Notes under the pieces: model-generated
Seen by the model: only the letters and a program-made list of their open reading frames with translations
Database searches by the model: none
What the model was told of the DNA's origin: nothing
NCBI GenBank assembly: GCA_028692545.1
Contig: JAQUXC010000002.1
Location: 28,082 to 92,081, forward strand
Source: Patescibacteria group bacterium
GTDB lineage: Bacteria > Patescibacteriota > Patescibacteriia > UBA1558 > S5-K13
Direction of reading: 5' to 3'
Length of the DNA stretch: 64,000 bases
Translations under genes and position numbers: made by a program
Shown here: positions 60,852-64,000 of the stretch, piece by piece
Numbering within the stretch: position 1 is the stretch's first letter
Layout: each line of letters begins with the position of its first letter

Positions 60852-61382
60852 TCAAAATTTATTTTTTTGAAAACCTAAAACATAGCCTATTAAATTAAAT
60901 ATTGGATGAATTGCACCAAAAAATATTATTGCAATAGCACAGTCTTTAAAAGATAAATTTACATAAAAACTTACAAAAATTACAGCACCAACTATCCAAT
61001 CAATTTGATCAAATGGAATCCATGACTTTCCTGAATCAATATTTTTTTGTCTCTTAAAAAAACTCTTAAAAGAATCTCCAAAAAGTGCACCAAATCCTAA
61101 CAGAAAACCCAATAAAACAATATTAATATTTGAATAATCTATCATTGAAATAGAAATTGTACTTGCATAAAAAAACTTTTGCAGAAAAACACAAAATATT
61201 GCTATTAATACTCCAAACAAGAAACCTCTAAATGTTTTATTTTTACCTAATAATGGTTTTTCTCTAAATTTGAACCCAAAATCAATAGGATAATTCAAAA
61301 AATTAACTGATCTAAATATAGAAGCAGTTATATTTGCAATTGATGCTGGTAAAAATAACCAAATTAATTTCAAAATAATCAT
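60852..61382 (-). CDS. CarS (DUF46)/CTP-transferase-like membrane protein
   Basis: LGKNKTFRG and GDSFKSFFKR motifs as in the CDP-archaeol synthase-like family. Four or five TM helices. Confidence 0.5.
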   Translation of the reverse strand: MIILKLIWLFLPASIANITASIFRSVNFLNYPIDFGFKFREKPLLGKNKTFRGFLFGVLIAIFCVFLQKFFYASTISISMIDYSNINIVLLGFLLGFGALFGDSFKSFFKRQKNIDSGKSWIPFDQIDWIVGAVIFVSFYVNLSFKDCAIAIIFFGAIHPIFNLIGYVLGFQKNKF

Positions 61383-61476
61383 ATACTTTATATAAATTAT
61401 TCCATTTTTTTATAAAGAAGTAAACTAATTTCATTTTTGTTATAATTTGCTATAATAGCAATATTATCAAAAAACT

Positions 61477-62724
61477 ATGACAAAATTAAAAAAACCAGAA
61501 CTTTTAATTCCAGCAGGAGACTTGGAAAAATTAGAAACAGCTTATCTTTATGGTGCTGATATTTGCTATATGGGAGTAAAAGGTTTTTCACTTAGAACAA
61601 AAAAATCTGAAATAGATTTTGATGAAATAAAACAAGCAATAAGTATTGCAAGGCATTACAAAAAGAAAATTTTTTTAGCTCTCAATTCTTTTATATATGA
61701 TAATGAGATAAAACAAATTGAAAAAATTATAAAAGAATTAAATATAATAAAACCAGATGCACTTATAATTGCAGATCCCGGAATAATAAATATTGCTACA
61801 AGATTGAAAAACAAAATTCCAATTCACTTATCTACTCAGGTAAATACGCTAAATTCTGAAAGTATAAAGTTCTGGAAAAAAAATGGGGTAAAAAGAATAG
61901 TTTTGGCTCGAGAATTATCACACAAACAATTAATACAAATTAAAAAAAATGTTTCAAATATAGAGCTTGAAATATTTGTTCATGGTGCACTCTGTGTATC
62001 ATATTCCGGCAGATGCTATTTGAGTAAATATTTAGTAGACAAAGATTCAAACCGTGGAGAATGTACTCAGCCTTGTAGATGGCAGTGGCAAGCACATGAA
62101 ACAATAAAGTCAGATAGAGTCCTAAATTTCGAACAAATTGATAATACAAATTATATTCTAAATTCAAAAGACTTATGCTTGATAGAAAAATTTCCAGAAA
62201 TATTCAAACTCAATTTTTCATCTCTAAAGGTAGAGGGTCGAATGAAAAGTTCATATTATGTAGCAATTGTCTCTATGATTTATAAAAATGCAATTGATGA
62301 TTATTTCAAATCTCCAAAAATATTTTTAAAAAATTTAAAATATTACAAAAAAGAATTAAAAAATATTTCTCACCGAGACTATACAATAAACTTTTTTGAT
62401 GGATATAATGATAATACTATGAATTTTAAAAATTCTGGATATATAAAAAATTATACGATGATAGGAATCGTAGAAAAATACGATACAAATAAAAAAGAAT
62501 TATATATAAATTGTAGAAATGAAATAAAAGAAAATAGTACTATAGAAATACTTAATTGGAGACAAGGAAATATAGAAAAAATAAAAACAAACAAAGTATT
62601 TGATTTAAACAAAAAAGAATTTATAAAAAGTGCTCACAATGGATATTATATAAAAATTTCTTGTGACAAAAAATTTGAAAAAAATTCTATAATTCGAAAA
62701 AAAATAAAGGTCATCAGTAAATGA
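61477..62724 (+). CDS. Peptidase U32 family protein
   Basis: N-terminal PELLIPAG..E...A...GADICY and an E.FVHGALC core. Confidence 0.75.
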   Translation: MTKLKKPELLIPAGDLEKLETAYLYGADICYMGVKGFSLRTKKSEIDFDEIKQAISIARHYKKKIFLALNSFIYDNEIKQIEKIIKELNIIKPDALIIADPGIINIATRLKNKIPIHLSTQVNTLNSESIKFWKKNGVKRIVLARELSHKQLIQIKKNVSNIELEIFVHGALCVSYSGRCYLSKYLVDKDSNRGECTQPCRWQWQAHETIKSDRVLNFEQIDNTNYILNSKDLCLIEKFPEIFKLNFSSLKVEGRMKSSYYVAIVSMIYKNAIDDYFKSPKIFLKNLKYYKKELKNISHRDYTINFFDGYNDNTMNFKNSGYIKNYTMIGIVEKYDTNKKELYINCRNEIKENSTIEILNWRQGNIEKIKTNKVFDLNKKEFIKSAHNGYYIKISCDKKFEKNSIIRKKIKVISK

Positions 62725-62754
62725 CAACCCTTACAATTCCTATACATAAAGTTA

Positions 62755-63180
62755 CTAGCTATAAGCCAATACCTTTATAATTTTTCTATTACCGTCAAAC
62801 TCGTAATGGTGTTTCTTTATTACGCGTTCTTTTGTGGAATTACTTACCACTATTCCATTGCCAATATAGAACCCTAAATGATTACGACCATTTTCATTTT
62901 CTTCGTAAATCACTATATCACCTGGTTCAATATTTTCCAGTGAAACTTCCACCCATCCAAAGTTTTCCATATCCTTGATTGTTGACTTAATTGTCGCATG
63001 CGGAAAAGATATCAAATCAAAGTACTTCAGAACTTCTGAAATAAATTTTGCACAGGAACGTTTTCCATCTACTAATACATCAACTCCATATACAAAGAAA
63101 TTTCTATATTTCTCTGAACCAACTTCAGAAATAATATAGCTCAGAAAATCTTCTGGATAATTTCTCATTGATTCCTCCAT
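62755..63180 (-). CDS. NlpC/P60-like papain-fold hydrolase (tentative)
   Basis: Cys...GDIVIY....HLGFYIGNG pattern; no signal peptide. Confidence 0.4.
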   Translation of the reverse strand: MEESMRNYPEDFLSYIISEVGSEKYRNFFVYGVDVLVDGKRSCAKFISEVLKYFDLISFPHATIKSTIKDMENFGWVEVSLENIEPGDIVIYEENENGRNHLGFYIGNGIVVSNSTKERVIKKHHYEFDGNRKIIKVLAYS

Positions 63181-63329
63181 TTTTTATAATTTACTATTTA
63201 AACACAAAAATATAAAAAAATCAAGACCTTATTCCAACAGACCTAATATACCATATTTTCAATAATTATCATTTTATTAAAATAACAAGGGTTGCCAAAA
63301 ATGACAACCCTTTCTTATAAAATAATATT

Positions 63330-63869
63330 CTATACCTTTTGGACTATATAGTCCTTTTTTATTGCCCCAAAAGCATCTTTTCTAAGAAGTTCTATGGCCA
63401 GCTTTCTCTCATCTTTGCTAGGGTTTTGTTTACTTGAAGCACATGAAATTGGATCATGAATTATTACGTTTACAAATCCTGAATTCACAATATTAGGATT
63501 TATCTTATTATGAATACAAAAAGATCCATTGATAGTAACGGGTACTATTTGTGCCTTAGACATATAACCCAAAACAAAAGGGCCTTCTTTAAATTCACGC
63601 AAATTACCATCGAACGATCTAGTTCCTTCTGGGAACATAACAATGTTATTTCCCAATTCCAATGTAGCAACCACATTCTTTATGGTAGATGATTTTAAAT
63701 GCTCTCTATCTACAGTAATATTTCCACTTCTTCGAAGTACCCAACCAAAAACTGGAATTTCTCCTAGTTCTTGTTTGAATACAAATCTAATTTGCCCTGA
63801 GATCGCAAGATACAAAAAAAGAATATCAAAATGCGACATATGATTCGGAGTAAAAATCACATTTTTCAA
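63330..63869 (-). CDS. plsC: 1-acyl-sn-glycerol-3-phosphate acyltransferase
   Basis: NHMSHFD (HxxxxD) and FPEGTRS motifs. The true start may lie further upstream. Confidence 0.8.
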   Translation of the reverse strand: MKNVIFTPNHMSHFDILFLYLAISGQIRFVFKQELGEIPVFGWVLRRSGNITVDREHLKSSTIKNVVATLELGNNIVMFPEGTRSFDGNLREFKEGPFVLGYMSKAQIVPVTINGSFCIHNKINPNIVNSGFVNVIIHDPISCASSKQNPSKDERKLAIELLRKDAFGAIKKDYIVQKV

Positions 63870-64000
63870 ATCTTTTATCTTTTCAATCCCATAAACTCTG
63901 AGTTTTATACAACAAAAATGTATTATAACCCAGGACCAAACTTTGCCACAGAAATTATACCATCTCGGTCCTCTATTTTTGCCACCAAATACAAGACAAA

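Noticed and set aside
1-64000. CRISPR arrays or rRNA genes
   Set aside because: No regularly spaced 25-40 bp direct repeats with unique spacers were seen. No rRNA-like conserved stretches were seen either.

Overview
This is a very AT-rich, gene-dense bacterial segment. Weak Shine-Dalgarno usage, small proteins and arrays of VirB2-like pilins suggest a Candidate Phyla Radiation/Patescibacteria-type genome (inference). The backbone genes are: a cell-envelope glycosylation cluster; yebC, ruvC, trigger factor and a Memo-AMMECR1 fusion; tsaD and tsaE; a valS carrying an inserted histidine-phosphatase domain; rpmF, nusB, rnc, smc and rpsP; a PilB ATPase, ftsH and rpsA; a lipid-head-group cluster; and plsC. 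Three regions stand out. First (1-4956), the 3' part of a giant Cys-rich protein with an embedded pilin-like hairpin is followed by seven tandem paralogous TrbC/VirB2-like pilin genes. Second (28716-43203), a roughly 14.5 kb integrative element sits in tRNA-Gly(GCC), bounded by a 29-bp direct repeat (attL/attR). It encodes a tyrosine integrase, an excisionase, iteron-like repeats, a secreted trypsin-like protease, a Cys-rich paralogue sharing a novel C-terminal repeat, small Cys-rich secreted proteins, an FtsK-gamma membrane protein, an HTH-ImmA/DUF4411 toxin-antitoxin-like pair and a higher-GC beta-propeller/PKD gene. Third (43.2-52 kb), a patchwork accessory region contains repeat-delimited higher-GC cassettes, an OLD-family ATPase-Toprim nuclease operonic with a glycosyltransferase, an EamA transporter and a GH5 hydrolase, and an ArsR-SdpI pair. 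No CRISPR array or rRNA was seen. Two tRNA-Gly genes, several intrinsic terminators and two GC-rich structured intergenic regions are noted.
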